A DNA stretch of 64,000 nt, taken from NCBI GenBank assembly GCA_965226795.1, contig CBDDDZ010000004.1, positions 608,001 through 672,000 on the forward strand, written 5' to 3'. The notes beneath the pieces were generated by a model that worked only from the letters and a program-made list of their open reading frames with translations, was not told the origin of the DNA and did not search any database. This document shows positions 53,373 to 63,181 of this stretch, one piece after another. Origin of the DNA: Candidatus Latescibacterota bacterium (lineage in GTDB: Bacteria; Latescibacterota; UBA2968; GCA-2709665). How positions within the stretch are numbered: the first letter of the stretch is position 1; every line of letters starts with the position of its first letter. The position numbers were made by a program, and so were the translations under genes.

Positions 53373-54392
53373 ATGGCGATACAGGATGCGATTGCGAAGC
53401 TGATTGAGGGACAGGACCTGACACGTGACCAGATGATCGGGACGATGGATCAGATTATGTCGGGTGGGGCGACGGACGCGCAGATCGGTGGGTTTCTGGT
53501 GGCTCTGCGTGTCAAGGGGGAGACAGTTGAGGAGATCGCGGGCGCCGCGGAGGTGATGCGGGAGAAGGCAACCCGGGTCGTGACGCGACACACCACGGTG
53601 GTCGATACATGCGGTACGGGGGGGGATGGGTCAGGAACGTTCAATATATCGACGGCCGCGGCGTTTGTGGCGGCCGGTGCCGGGCTGTGTGTGGCCAAAC
53701 ATGGGAACCGCGCGGCGTCCAGCCTGTGTGGCAGTGCGGATGTTTTGAAGGAACTGGGAGTAAATATCGAAGCATCGCCGGAGACGGTGGGGCGGTGTCT
53801 GGATGAGGTGGGCATCGGTTTCCTGTTTGCTCCGGCTCTGCACGGTGCCATGAAATATGCGATTGGACCCAGACGCGAAGTCGGCGTGCGCACGGTTTTC
53901 AACGCTCTGGGGCCGCTGACCAATCCTGCAGGCGCAACCCGACACCTGATCGGGGTATATGGTCGATCGCTTACCGAGAGGCTGGCCGAAGTGTTGCGTA
54001 CATTGGAATCAGAGCGGGCGTTTGTGGTACACGGGTCGGACGGACTGGACGAGATGACGACGACCGGGCCAACACAGGTGAGCGAGTTGAAGAACGGTAG
54101 TGTATCCACGTATGAGATCAGACCCGGGGATCTGGGCATTGCAAGGGCGGCGGCAGATGATCTGGCAGGGGGTAACGCCGAGACCAATGCGTCGATTCTG
54201 CGAAGGGTGCTGCATGGCGAGCCCGGTCATCGGCTGGACATTGTCCTGCTGAATGCGGCAGCCGCCATCGTAGCGGGGGGCGCCGTGGATGATCTGACGT
54301 CCGGTATGGAACTGGCCAGGGAGACCGTGGAATCGGGGCGGGCAATGGACAAACTGGAAAAACTGAAACTCGCCTCCGACGAGGGCAGCTGA
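53373..54392 (+). CDS. trpD: Anthranilate phosphoribosyltransferase
   Basis: DTCGTGGDG, NIST, KHGNR, GPLTNP. Confidence 0.97.
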   Translation: MAIQDAIAKLIEGQDLTRDQMIGTMDQIMSGGATDAQIGGFLVALRVKGETVEEIAGAAEVMREKATRVVTRHTTVVDTCGTGGDGSGTFNISTAAAFVAAGAGLCVAKHGNRAASSLCGSADVLKELGVNIEASPETVGRCLDEVGIGFLFAPALHGAMKYAIGPRREVGVRTVFNALGPLTNPAGATRHLIGVYGRSLTERLAEVLRTLESERAFVVHGSDGLDEMTTTGPTQVSELKNGSVSTYEIRPGDLGIARAAADDLAGGNAETNASILRRVLHGEPGHRLDIVLLNAAAAIVAGGAVDDLTSGMELARETVESGRAMDKLEKLKLASDEGS

Positions 54393-54478
54393 TACCTGGC
54401 GATTTCGCCACTCACGCCCTGAACGTACCCCATGAACGAGATAATCGGGGTTCGCCCGGCGCAACGAAGACGGGAAGC

Positions 54479-55270
54479 ATGGCCACGATCCTGGATGAGA
54501 TTATCGCATATAAACGGCGTGTTGTGGCCGAGGCGAAACAACGGGTCTCACCCGAGGAGTTACAGACGCGGGCGGACCTTGCCCGTGAGCCGGGCTCGTT
54601 GATGGACGGCCTGACAGCCGCCGAGGATATCGCGCTCATAGCCGAGATCAAAAAGGCATCTCCGTCAAAAGGGGTGATTAGAGAAGATTTCGATCCGGTG
54701 GAAATCGGCCGGGCTTACGAGGAGAACGGCGCGTCGGCAATTTCCGTGCTGACGGATGTAAAGTATTTTCAGGGCTCCGACGAGAGTCTGACGGCGGTAA
54801 GCGAAGCCGTGGAATTGCCGGTGCTCCGGAAGGATTTCGTGGTTGATCCCTATCAGATCCATGAAGCCAGAACAATCGGTGCGGCGGCGGTTCTGCTCAT
54901 TGTTTCAGCGCTCTCGCAACGTGAATTGGCAGGGCTGCTCGCTGTTTGCAGGGACTCGAAATTGGACGCGCTGGTAGAAGTTCACACCAGAGAGGAAGCG
55001 AAGATGGCGCTGGACGCGGGAGCGGATCTTGTGGGGGTGAATAACCGCGACTTGAAGACGTTTCAAACGGACCTGCGAACCACATTCGACCTGATTGAAC
55101 ACCTGCCGGAAGATCTGGTAATCGTAAGCGAGAGCGGCATCGAGACCAGGGACCACGTCGTCCGATTGAGGGATGCCGGCGTGGATGCGGTGCTTGTCGG
55201 GGAACATCTGATGCGTCATCCCGATGTCGGTCGGACGCTTCGAACGCTGCTGGGGAAGGAAGGCGGCTGA
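54479..55270 (+). CDS. trpC: Indole-3-glycerol phosphate synthase
   Basis: EIKKASPSKG, LRKDF, NNRDL, SESG. Confidence 0.97.
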   Translation: MATILDEIIAYKRRVVAEAKQRVSPEELQTRADLAREPGSLMDGLTAAEDIALIAEIKKASPSKGVIREDFDPVEIGRAYEENGASAISVLTDVKYFQGSDESLTAVSEAVELPVLRKDFVVDPYQIHEARTIGAAAVLLIVSALSQRELAGLLAVCRDSKLDALVEVHTREEAKMALDAGADLVGVNNRDLKTFQTDLRTTFDLIEHLPEDLVIVSESGIETRDHVVRLRDAGVDAVLVGEHLMRHPDVGRTLRTLLGKEGG

Positions 55271-55278
55271 TTCAGACC

Positions 55279-55911
55279 ATGGTTCGGGTGAAGATTTGCG
55301 GCATCACGAACCCGGAGGATGCCCATTTTTCGGTTGCCCAGGGCGTGGACGCCCTGGGGTTCATCTTTTATGAGCCCAGCCCGCGTTACGTGCATCCTGA
55401 CCGCGTGAGCGAGATCGTGTCGGAGTTGCCGCCCTTCGTGACGCCCGTAGGGGTTTTCGTGAACACGGCCAGGGAGGAGATCCTGGGAATCGTGCGGTCG
55501 ACGGGGCTTCGGGCGGTCCAACTGCACGGCGACGAAACGCCGGCCGATTGCCAGGGGTATCCTTTTCCGGTCATCCGGGCATTGCGGGTCGGCGAGGGAT
55601 TCAAGCCTGCGTCGCTGGGCGATTATCCGGTAAACACGTTTCTGTTGGATACGGCAAAAAAAGGATGGTACGGAGGCACGGGAGAGACCTTTGACTGGCG
55701 GGTCGCAAGGGCGGCTGCGGCACACGGTCGGATCATTCTGTCGGGGGGGATTGATCCGCGAAACGTGGCGGAGGCGGTCCGAACGGTGAATCCGTATGCC
55801 GTGGACTGCGGCAGTGGCGTTGAGGCCGCGCCAGGCAGGAAGGACCACAACAGAATCGTGGAATTTCTCGAGACGCTTCGCTCCGTAACAAGTGTTCTGT
55901 CCCGGAAATAG
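55279..55911 (+). CDS. trpF: Phosphoribosylanthranilate isomerase
   Basis: KICGIT, QLHGDE, GGTGETFDW. Confidence 0.97.
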   Translation: MVRVKICGITNPEDAHFSVAQGVDALGFIFYEPSPRYVHPDRVSEIVSELPPFVTPVGVFVNTAREEILGIVRSTGLRAVQLHGDETPADCQGYPFPVIRALRVGEGFKPASLGDYPVNTFLLDTAKKGWYGGTGETFDWRVARAAAAHGRIILSGGIDPRNVAEAVRTVNPYAVDCGSGVEAAPGRKDHNRIVEFLETLRSVTSVLSRK

Positions 55912-55924
55912 ATTGCCGGATTCC
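55892..55924. mobile_element. MITE left end only, overlapping the trpF stop
   Basis: GTGTTCTGTCCCGGAAATAGATTGCC matches the left end of copies 1 and 3. Confidence 0.85.
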
Positions 55925-55978
55925 GAGACCATCAGCGTTCTTGAACCCGCTAACCGAATCGATCTGGAGCCAAACATA

Positions 55979-57241
55979 TTGGATATCTTGGAAGATCTGG
56001 ACTTCCGGGGGCACGTTTTTCAGGTAACGGACGCCAGCGGACTCAAGGCGCGGCTCGACCAGGGGCCGATAACCCTTTATTCGGGGTTCGACCCCACGGC
56101 AGACAGCCTGCACGCCGGCAACCTGATTCCAATTCTGGGACTGCGGCGGTTTCAATTGGCCGGGCATCACGCAATCGGCCTTATCGGGGGCGGAACCGGC
56201 TTGATTGGCGATCCGAGCGGCAGCAAGGAAGAACGCCCGTTGAACCCGCCCGACATAGTCGCGGCATACACCGAGAAGCTGACAGAACAACTGGCCAAGT
56301 TCCTGGATTTCGAAACAGGAACGAATCCCGCCCAGGTGGTCTGCAATATGGGCTGGCTTTCCGAGCTCAAGGCAATTGACTTCCTGAGGGACACGGGCAA
56401 GCATTTCTCCATGGGTTATATGCTGGCGAAAGAGTCTGTGGCTTCCCGGCTGGAATCCGGAATATCGTTCACCGAATTCAGCTATATGGTCATTCAGGCA
56501 TATGATTTCATGGAGTTGTTTCGGACGCGAGGATGCGAGTTGCAAATTGGCGGGAGCGATCAATGGGGTAATATCACAGCGGGTATAGAGTTGATCCGGC
56601 GTCGGCTGGGCGAGCAGGCCCATGGACTGACGTTTCCGCTGCTTCAGAAAGCCGACGGGTCCAAGTTCGGCAAGACGGCATCCGGTACCGTCTGGCTGGA
56701 CACGGGAAGAACAACGCCCTATCAGTTCTACCAGCACTGGATCAATACGGATGACAGGGATGTCGTGAGGTTTCTGAAGCTGTTTACCTTTCTCTCAAAG
56801 GATGAGATTCGAAATCTGGAATTGGACGTGGCACAACACCCCGAGAAGCGAGAGGCACAGCGGGTGCTGGCCGAGGAGGTCACCACATTCGTACACGACA
56901 GGTCCGCCACCGACAGGGCGCGGCGGATTTCCGAGGCATTGTTTTATGGGGATCTGCGGGATCTGAGCGCGCAAGAGATAGAGGAAGGGTTCAGCGACGT
57001 GCCGTCTCATTCGCTCAATGGCGTTTCAGGAGTGGGTCTGGTCAATTTGCTGGTAGATGTCCGCATTTCAACTTCCATGCGCCAGGCGCGAGAAGACATC
57101 AGGTCCGGCGCGATTCATATCAATGGCCTGCGTTGCACGGATATGGGGCGGATCCTTGAACCTTCCGAGAGACTCGCAGGGAAATACCTGGTGGTTCGCC
57201 GGGGCAAACGCCGCTACTTTCTGGTGCGCTGGAACAATTGA
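55979..57241 (+). CDS. tyrS: Tyrosine--tRNA ligase
   Basis: GFDPTADSLHAGN, GGSDQWGN, KFGKT; TTG start after GGAG inferred. Confidence 0.97.
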   Translation: MDILEDLDFRGHVFQVTDASGLKARLDQGPITLYSGFDPTADSLHAGNLIPILGLRRFQLAGHHAIGLIGGGTGLIGDPSGSKEERPLNPPDIVAAYTEKLTEQLAKFLDFETGTNPAQVVCNMGWLSELKAIDFLRDTGKHFSMGYMLAKESVASRLESGISFTEFSYMVIQAYDFMELFRTRGCELQIGGSDQWGNITAGIELIRRRLGEQAHGLTFPLLQKADGSKFGKTASGTVWLDTGRTTPYQFYQHWINTDDRDVVRFLKLFTFLSKDEIRNLELDVAQHPEKREAQRVLAEEVTTFVHDRSATDRARRISEALFYGDLRDLSAQEIEEGFSDVPSHSLNGVSGVGLVNLLVDVRISTSMRQAREDIRSGAIHINGLRCTDMGRILEPSERLAGKYLVVRRGKRRYFLVRWNN

Positions 57242-57337
57242 TGGGCGGGTGTGTGGCCGCTTATGCTTATCGGAATGCAAATCAGGACATGATAATTCGG
57301 AACTCGGCAGGAAAAACAAAAGGAGAGGATTCCTTCC

Positions 57338-58315
57338 ATGAAAGCACCCTGGATTACCTTTCGGCCGGAACTCAAAGTACTTGATTGTACGATTCGAGAC
57401 GGCGGATTGATGAATGACCATCATTTCACCGATGATTTCGTGAAGGCAGTTTACGTAACCTGCGTTGAAGCAGGGGTCGATTATATGGAAATCGGGTACC
57501 GAAACTCCAAGGAGATGTTTCCAAAAGGACAGTTCGGACCCTTCCGACACAGTGACGAAGAAGATATCCGAAAGATTACGGGCGATCACGACCCTGAAAC
57601 GACCGGCCTGAAGCTCGCCATCATGGCCGATGCGGGCAAGAGCGATTGGGCTGAAGACATCCTGCCGGCCAGCGAGAGCGTGGTCAGCATGGTACGCGTA
57701 GCCTGCTATGTCGAGCAGATCCCTGAAACCGTCGAAATGCTGTGCGACGCACATGAAAAAGGATATGAAACCAGTTGTAACATTATGGCCATTTCGACGG
57801 TGCAGGAGGTCGAGATTGACCAGGCGCTGGAAGTCCTGATACAAACGCCGGTTGGAACAATATGCGTTGTAGATAGTTTCGGTGCATTGTACCGCGAGCA
57901 GGTGGATATGCTCATTCGGAAGTATATGGAAGCCGTCAGTGGAACGGGCAAAGAAGTGGGCATTCATGCGCACAACAACCAGCAACTGGCGTTCGCCAAT
58001 ACCCTGGAAGCGCTCATTCTGGGCGCTAACCGCGTTGATGCCACGGTGGACGGACTTGGCCGCGGCGCGGGAAATTGCCCGCTGGAATTGCTGCTCGGTT
58101 TCCTGCGCAATCCCAAGTTCAAAATTCGACCTGTCTACGAGCTGTTGGAAGACCATTTTGTCAAATTGCGCGGTGAACTGACGTGGGGGCCCCTCATTCC
58201 GTACAATATCACGGGTCAGCACAACCAGCATCCCCGCTCGGCAATGGCGCTTCTGGACGGGGACGACCGAAATCGTTATCTGGATTTCTACGATCAGGTG
58301 ATGAGGGAAATTTAA
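57338..58315 (+). CDS. DRE-TIM (HMGL-like) aldolase, 4-hydroxy-2-oxovalerate aldolase-like
   Basis: [24 protein letters not shown]. Confidence 0.85.
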   Translation: MKAPWITFRPELKVLDCTIRDGGLMNDHHFTDDFVKAVYVTCVEAGVDYMEIGYRNSKEMFPKGQFGPFRHSDEEDIRKITGDHDPETTGLKLAIMADAGKSDWAEDILPASESVVSMVRVACYVEQIPETVEMLCDAHEKGYETSCNIMAISTVQEVEIDQALEVLIQTPVGTICVVDSFGALYREQVDMLIRKYMEAVSGTGKEVGIHAHNNQQLAFANTLEALILGANRVDATVDGLGRGAGNCPLELLLGFLRNPKFKIRPVYELLEDHFVKLRGELTWGPLIPYNITGQHNQHPRSAMALLDGDDRNRYLDFYDQVMREI

Positions 58316-58445
58316 TCGCCGGCGCCCGCGCTTCGGCAGTCCGCGAGAAAACCGCAGAGGTGGGAACGCCCGCCGAAGCGAGGGTCCGGAACGACGACGG
58401 CGGCTGAGTCCGCCTATGTCACCAAACCTAAATGGAATGGAAACA

Positions 58446-59662
58446 ATGGCACTTCTCAAGGCAGATGGATCCAACCGGACATGGCCCGACTCCGGGGGGC
58501 ATTTCGGACCCTACGGCGGGCGCTACGTACCGGAAACGTTGATGCCGTTGTTGGAGGACCTGGAGGCAGCCTACCGCGACGCGAAGGACCGTCCGGATTT
58601 TCAGGAGGAACTGGGCCGTTATCTCAGGGAATTTGTGGGAAGGCCGACGCCACTCTATTTTGCGCAGCGACTGACCGCCGAACTGGGCGGAGCCAGAATC
58701 TATCTGAAGCGGGAGGACCTCGCGCACACCGGCGCGCACAAAATCAACAATACGATACGATGGGGCAGGTCCTGCTTGCCAGGCGGATGGGCAAAACGCG
58801 GATCATTGCGGAAACGGGCGCAGGACAACACGGTGTGGCGACAGCAACCGTGGCGGCAATGTTCGGAATGGACTGCGAGATTTACATGGGCACCGAAGAC
58901 ATGGACCGGCAGGCGTTGAACGTGTTTCGTATGCGGCTTCTGGGGGCGAAAGTGACGGGTGTGGATTCGGGCAGCAGGACTCTGAAAGATGCGATCAACG
59001 AAGCCATCCGGGACTGGGTGACGAATGTGGAGGATACATTTTATATTTTCGGATCCGTCCTGGGACCTCATCCTTATCCGATGATCGTGCGCGATTTTCA
59101 GCGGGTAATCGGGGTGGAAACGCGCGAACAGATCCTGCAGGCCGAAGGCCGGTTGCCGGAATATCTGATCGCATGCGTCGGCGGCGGCAGCAATTCGATC
59201 GGGCTGTTTCACGCCTTTTTGGAGGACACGGAAGTGCGGATGGTTGGTGTCGAAGCGGGAGGGCATGGAATTGCCTCCGGCGACCATGCGGCGCGATTCC
59301 AGGGCGGGGATGTGGGCGTGCTGCACGGGGCAAGGATTTACCTCTTGCAGGACGAGAACGGGCAGATCGCGCTGACCCATTCGGTGTCCGCGGGCCTGGA
59401 TTATTCGGGTGTCGGGCCCGAGCACTGCCTACTGAGGGATGCGGGTCGGATCGAGTATGTGTACGCAACGGACGACGAGGCCCTGAAGGCCTTCCAGCTG
59501 TTGAGTCGTACGGAGGGAATCATCCCTGCACTGGAAAGCGCGCATGCGATCGCTTACGTGTCCAGAGCAGCGTCCGAAATGGGCAAGGATGCCGTTATCG
59601 TCGTGAATCTTTCAGGCCGTGGTGATAAAGACGTACAGCATGCGGCGAAGTACGTGGACTAG
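58446..59662 (+). pseudogene. trpB: Tryptophan synthase beta chain, frameshifted by a 5-bp duplication (or assembly error)
   Basis: [16 protein letters not shown] in one frame; [21 protein letters not shown] in another; ACGAT duplicated at 58752-58761. Confidence 0.9.
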
Positions 59663-59715
59663 GCGGTATTGGACCGATCGTTTTCACGTCGGAATCGAAG
59701 AATGGGGTCGATCGG

Positions 59716-60528
59716 ATGACAAGGATCGGGAAGCGTTTCGAAGCGTTGAAGAGAGCACACAGGACCGGATTTATAGCCTACATCACGGCGGGAGATCCGG
59801 ACCTGGCCACCACCCGCAAACTGGTGCCGGAGTTGGATCGGCGCGGGGTGGACATTCTCGAGTTGGGCGTGCCGTTCTCCGATCCACTGGCGGACGGGCC
59901 GGAGATCCAGCGGGCATCGCAGCGGGCCCTGCGGCATCGGGTGTCAATCAGCGATGTGCTGGATCTGGTGGCGGACCTGCGCCGGGAGACGGAGATACCG
60001 ATCGTGCTGTTTACGTATTTCAATCCGATGCACCGTTATGGTCTGAAACGGCTCGTCGACCGGGCGGCCGAAGCGGGGGTGGACGGTATTCTGGTGCTGG
60101 ATCTTCCGCCCGAGGAGGCAGCCGAGTACAAGGTTCTGATGTCGGAACGGGGATTGGATACGATTTTTCTAATCGCGCCAAATAGCCGTGAGGATCGCAT
60201 TCAACGGATTGCATCTCATAGCAGCGGGTTTGTGTATTACGTGTCACGCACAGGTGTAACAGGCGAACGGGACAGCCTGGAGGTGACGCTCGGGGCAAAA
60301 GTGGCGACCATCCGACGCCACACGTCGCAGCCGGTTGCGGTGGGATTCGGAATTTCGACGCCCGAACAATCCAGGGAGGTCGCAGGTTATGCCGACGCAG
60401 TCGTCGTCGGCAGCGCAATCGTGCGGCGTATTGCCCAGTGGCAAGCCGAACCGGATCTCGTTTCACAAATTGGGGCATTTGTGGAAGAATTAGTGCAACC
60501 GTTGAAGGGAGCATCCGATGGATCTTGA
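59716..60528 (+). CDS. trpA: Tryptophan synthase alpha chain
   Basis: ELGVPFSDPLADGP, SRTGVTG, VGFGIS. Confidence 0.97.
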   Translation: MTRIGKRFEALKRAHRTGFIAYITAGDPDLATTRKLVPELDRRGVDILELGVPFSDPLADGPEIQRASQRALRHRVSISDVLDLVADLRRETEIPIVLFTYFNPMHRYGLKRLVDRAAEAGVDGILVLDLPPEEAAEYKVLMSERGLDTIFLIAPNSREDRIQRIASHSSGFVYYVSRTGVTGERDSLEVTLGAKVATIRRHTSQPVAVGFGISTPEQSREVAGYADAVVVGSAIVRRIAQWQAEPDLVSQIGAFVEELVQPLKGASDGS

Positions 60529-60811
60529 AGACTGGCGCAAGGAAATCGACGCCCTGAATCAACAACTGTTGGAGCTTCTGAATAAGCGAGCCGAATGCGC
60601 ACTTGAGATCGGCAGGATCAAACAGGCAATCGAGCAACCTGTTTATGCGCCGGAGCGGGAGACATCGATCCTGAACCGAATCCGTCAACTGAACACGGGG
60701 CCCCTGGCCGACGAAGCGGTGCAACGGATATTTCAGCAGATAATCGATGAGTCAAGGCGGCTGGAACAGGAACACGGCGAACGGGAAACGGGGGGCACGA
60801 AACACCTCTGA
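60518..60811 (+). CDS. Chorismate mutase (AroQ, monofunctional)
   Basis: RKEID...LLNKR...IGRIK...PERE. Confidence 0.92.
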   Translation: MDLEDWRKEIDALNQQLLELLNKRAECALEIGRIKQAIEQPVYAPERETSILNRIRQLNTGPLADEAVQRIFQQIIDESRRLEQEHGERETGGTKHL

Positions 60812-60882
60812 ATCCGTTTGTGGAACCGGCCGCAACGGCAAACCATATTGACGGTCGCTATAGGAACCGGAGCTGAAGGCAC

Positions 60883-61911
60883 ATGGCGTTCAGAAGAATC
60901 CTGAAGATACCCACACCCGAAGCCGTGCTGGAAAAGATGTCGCTTCCAAAGGAGCTGAAGACCGTAAAGGAGGAACGCGACGCGGAAATCAGGGACATTT
61001 TCGCCCGCCGGAGCGATAAGTTTCTGCTGGTGATCGGCCCATGTTCGGCGCACAACGAAGATGCCGTATGTGAATACGTATCCAGGTTGGCGAAACTGCA
61101 GGAGGCCGTCCGGGAAAAGCTGGTTCTGGTGCCGCGCATCTATACCAACAAACCCCGCACAACCGGCGAGGGGTACAAGGGCATGGGGCATCAGCCGGAC
61201 CCGCGCAAGGCGCCGGACATATCCGAAGGTATTTATGCGGTTCGTCAGATGCATATCCGGGCTGTCCAGGAGTCCCACCTGACGGCGGCCGACGAAATGC
61301 TGTACCCGGGCAACCTGCCGTATGTCGAGGATCTGCTGAGTTATATAGCCGTGGGTGCACGCTCCGTGGAAAATCAACAGCACCGGTTGACCTGTAGCGG
61401 CGTCGGCGTCCCCGTTGGAATGAAAAACCCGACGGGAGGAGATCTTTCGGTAATGCTGAACGCGATCCATGCCTCGCAGATTCCCCACGTCTTCATTTAT
61501 AACGGTTGGGAGGTGGGCACCGACGGCAATCTCCTGACACACGCAGTGCTTCGGGGCGCCGTGGATGTTAACGGGCGCAGTATTCCGAACTATCACTTCG
61601 AAGACCTCATGTACGCGGCGGAACTCTATCGGCAGCGGCAGCTTGCCAATACCACAATCGTTGTGGATACGAATCACAATAACTCCGGCAAGCAGTTCAG
61701 TGAACAGCCCAGGATCGGGTTGGAGGTGATACGCAGCCGGCGGAGTTCAGAGATTTTAAACGACATGATCCGCGGGTTGATGGTGGAGAGTTATCTGGAT
61801 GAGGGCTCACAGAATGTAAATGACGGCGTGTTCGGCAAATCCATTACCGATCCGTGCCTGGGGTGGAAAGATTCCGAGGCGTTTGTCAAAGAACTGGCGG
61901 AAAGGATATGA
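60883..61911 (+). CDS. DAHP synthase, class I-alpha
   Basis: IGPCS, KPRT, VGARS, MKNPT, DTNHNNS, SITDPC. Confidence 0.95.
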   Translation: MAFRRILKIPTPEAVLEKMSLPKELKTVKEERDAEIRDIFARRSDKFLLVIGPCSAHNEDAVCEYVSRLAKLQEAVREKLVLVPRIYTNKPRTTGEGYKGMGHQPDPRKAPDISEGIYAVRQMHIRAVQESHLTAADEMLYPGNLPYVEDLLSYIAVGARSVENQQHRLTCSGVGVPVGMKNPTGGDLSVMLNAIHASQIPHVFIYNGWEVGTDGNLLTHAVLRGAVDVNGRSIPNYHFEDLMYAAELYRQRQLANTTIVVDTNHNNSGKQFSEQPRIGLEVIRSRRSSEILNDMIRGLMVESYLDEGSQNVNDGVFGKSITDPCLGWKDSEAFVKELAERI

Positions 61912-61989
61912 AAGCGTACGGGTTCTGGAATCCGGAGGAGATTGGAATGTCTTCTAGACGCTTTTGCCGGGTCTTCCGAGGATAACGGT

Positions 61990-63102
61990 ATGGCGAATGA
62001 TCCTCCGTTTGCGCGTGAGACGATCGCATTTGTTGGTGTTGGGTTGATCGGCGGATCTCTTGGTGTGGCACTCAAGGGTCTGGGTATCGGCCGAAGCATC
62101 GTTGGCATCAGCAGGCAGGAGACGCTGGATGCAGCCCTCGAGTTGAATGTAATCGACGCAGGCTATCGCTATGAGGACCTCGAAAGGGGGATTGGCGAAG
62201 CGGCGCTGGTTTTCCTGTGTACACCCATTGTACGTATTCTGGACCTTCTGCCACAGGTGCTGGGGGCGGCGCGGAAGGGTGCGGTCGTGACCGATGTGGG
62301 CAGCACCAAGCACGCGATTGTTTCCGCGGCGACGGCCCATCAACGTGATGGCGTGTATTTTGTGGGCGGGCACCCGATGGCCGGGTCGGAACATCGCGGG
62401 GTAAGCGCGGCGGATCCATTCCTGTTTCAGAACGCAATTTATGTGTTGACGCCGTCACCGGACACGCCCGAATTCGTGGTCGAAAAGCTCGCGCGCCTCG
62501 TAAGGGCGCTCGGAGCGAGACCCATGAGGATGACTCCTCAGGAACACGACAGGGCGGCGGCGGCGGTGAGTCACCTGCCACAGATGATGGCCACAAGCCT
62601 GGTGTCCATGATCGGACGGATGACCGAGGTCGAAGGGTTGCCGATAAGGATGGCGGCGGGTGGGTTTCGGGATCTGACACGCATTGCATGCAGCCCGTAT
62701 GAAATGTGGCGGGATATCTGCCATACGAACGCGGCCCCGATCCGTGAGATGATCGATCTGTATATCGAGTCGCTGACAGCGATGCGCGGAGCAGTGGATC
62801 ATGACCGGCTGGAGCAGGCATTTGTCTACGCCAATCGGGTACGCGGGCAGATTCCGAAGGACTCCAAGGGGTTTTTGCATCCTCTATTCGAAATTCTCCT
62901 GGTCGCGGAAGACAGACCGGGCGTGATTGCCGACGTCGCTCAGACCCTGGCCGGGAAAAATATTAATATCAACGACATCGAGGTATTGAATGTACGGGAG
63001 GGGGAAGGAGGCACCATCCGCATCGGGTTCGATTCGCGTCCATGCGCGGATCAGGCTGTAGACGTGCTGGGGAAGGCGGGATACAACGTCAGGCTGAGAT
63101 AA
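61990..63102 (+). CDS. tyrA: Prephenate dehydrogenase with C-terminal ACT domain
   Basis: GVGLIGGS, DVGSTK, GHPMAG, SHLP, FRDLTRIA, DRPGV. Confidence 0.93.
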   Translation: MANDPPFARETIAFVGVGLIGGSLGVALKGLGIGRSIVGISRQETLDAALELNVIDAGYRYEDLERGIGEAALVFLCTPIVRILDLLPQVLGAARKGAVVTDVGSTKHAIVSAATAHQRDGVYFVGGHPMAGSEHRGVSAADPFLFQNAIYVLTPSPDTPEFVVEKLARLVRALGARPMRMTPQEHDRAAAAVSHLPQMMATSLVSMIGRMTEVEGLPIRMAAGGFRDLTRIACSPYEMWRDICHTNAAPIREMIDLYIESLTAMRGAVDHDRLEQAFVYANRVRGQIPKDSKGFLHPLFEILLVAEDRPGVIADVAQTLAGKNININDIEVLNVREGEGGTIRIGFDSRPCADQAVDVLGKAGYNVRLR

Positions 63103-63181
63103 ACGGAAGGATCCGGAACGGGAAACGATGGAACGAAAGAGATCGCTATCCGTCCTTTTGTGACTCGATTTTGAAGAAGGC

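Noticed and set aside
55912..55978. T-box before tyrS
   Set aside because: Only ~70 bp, with no T-box motif or terminator.
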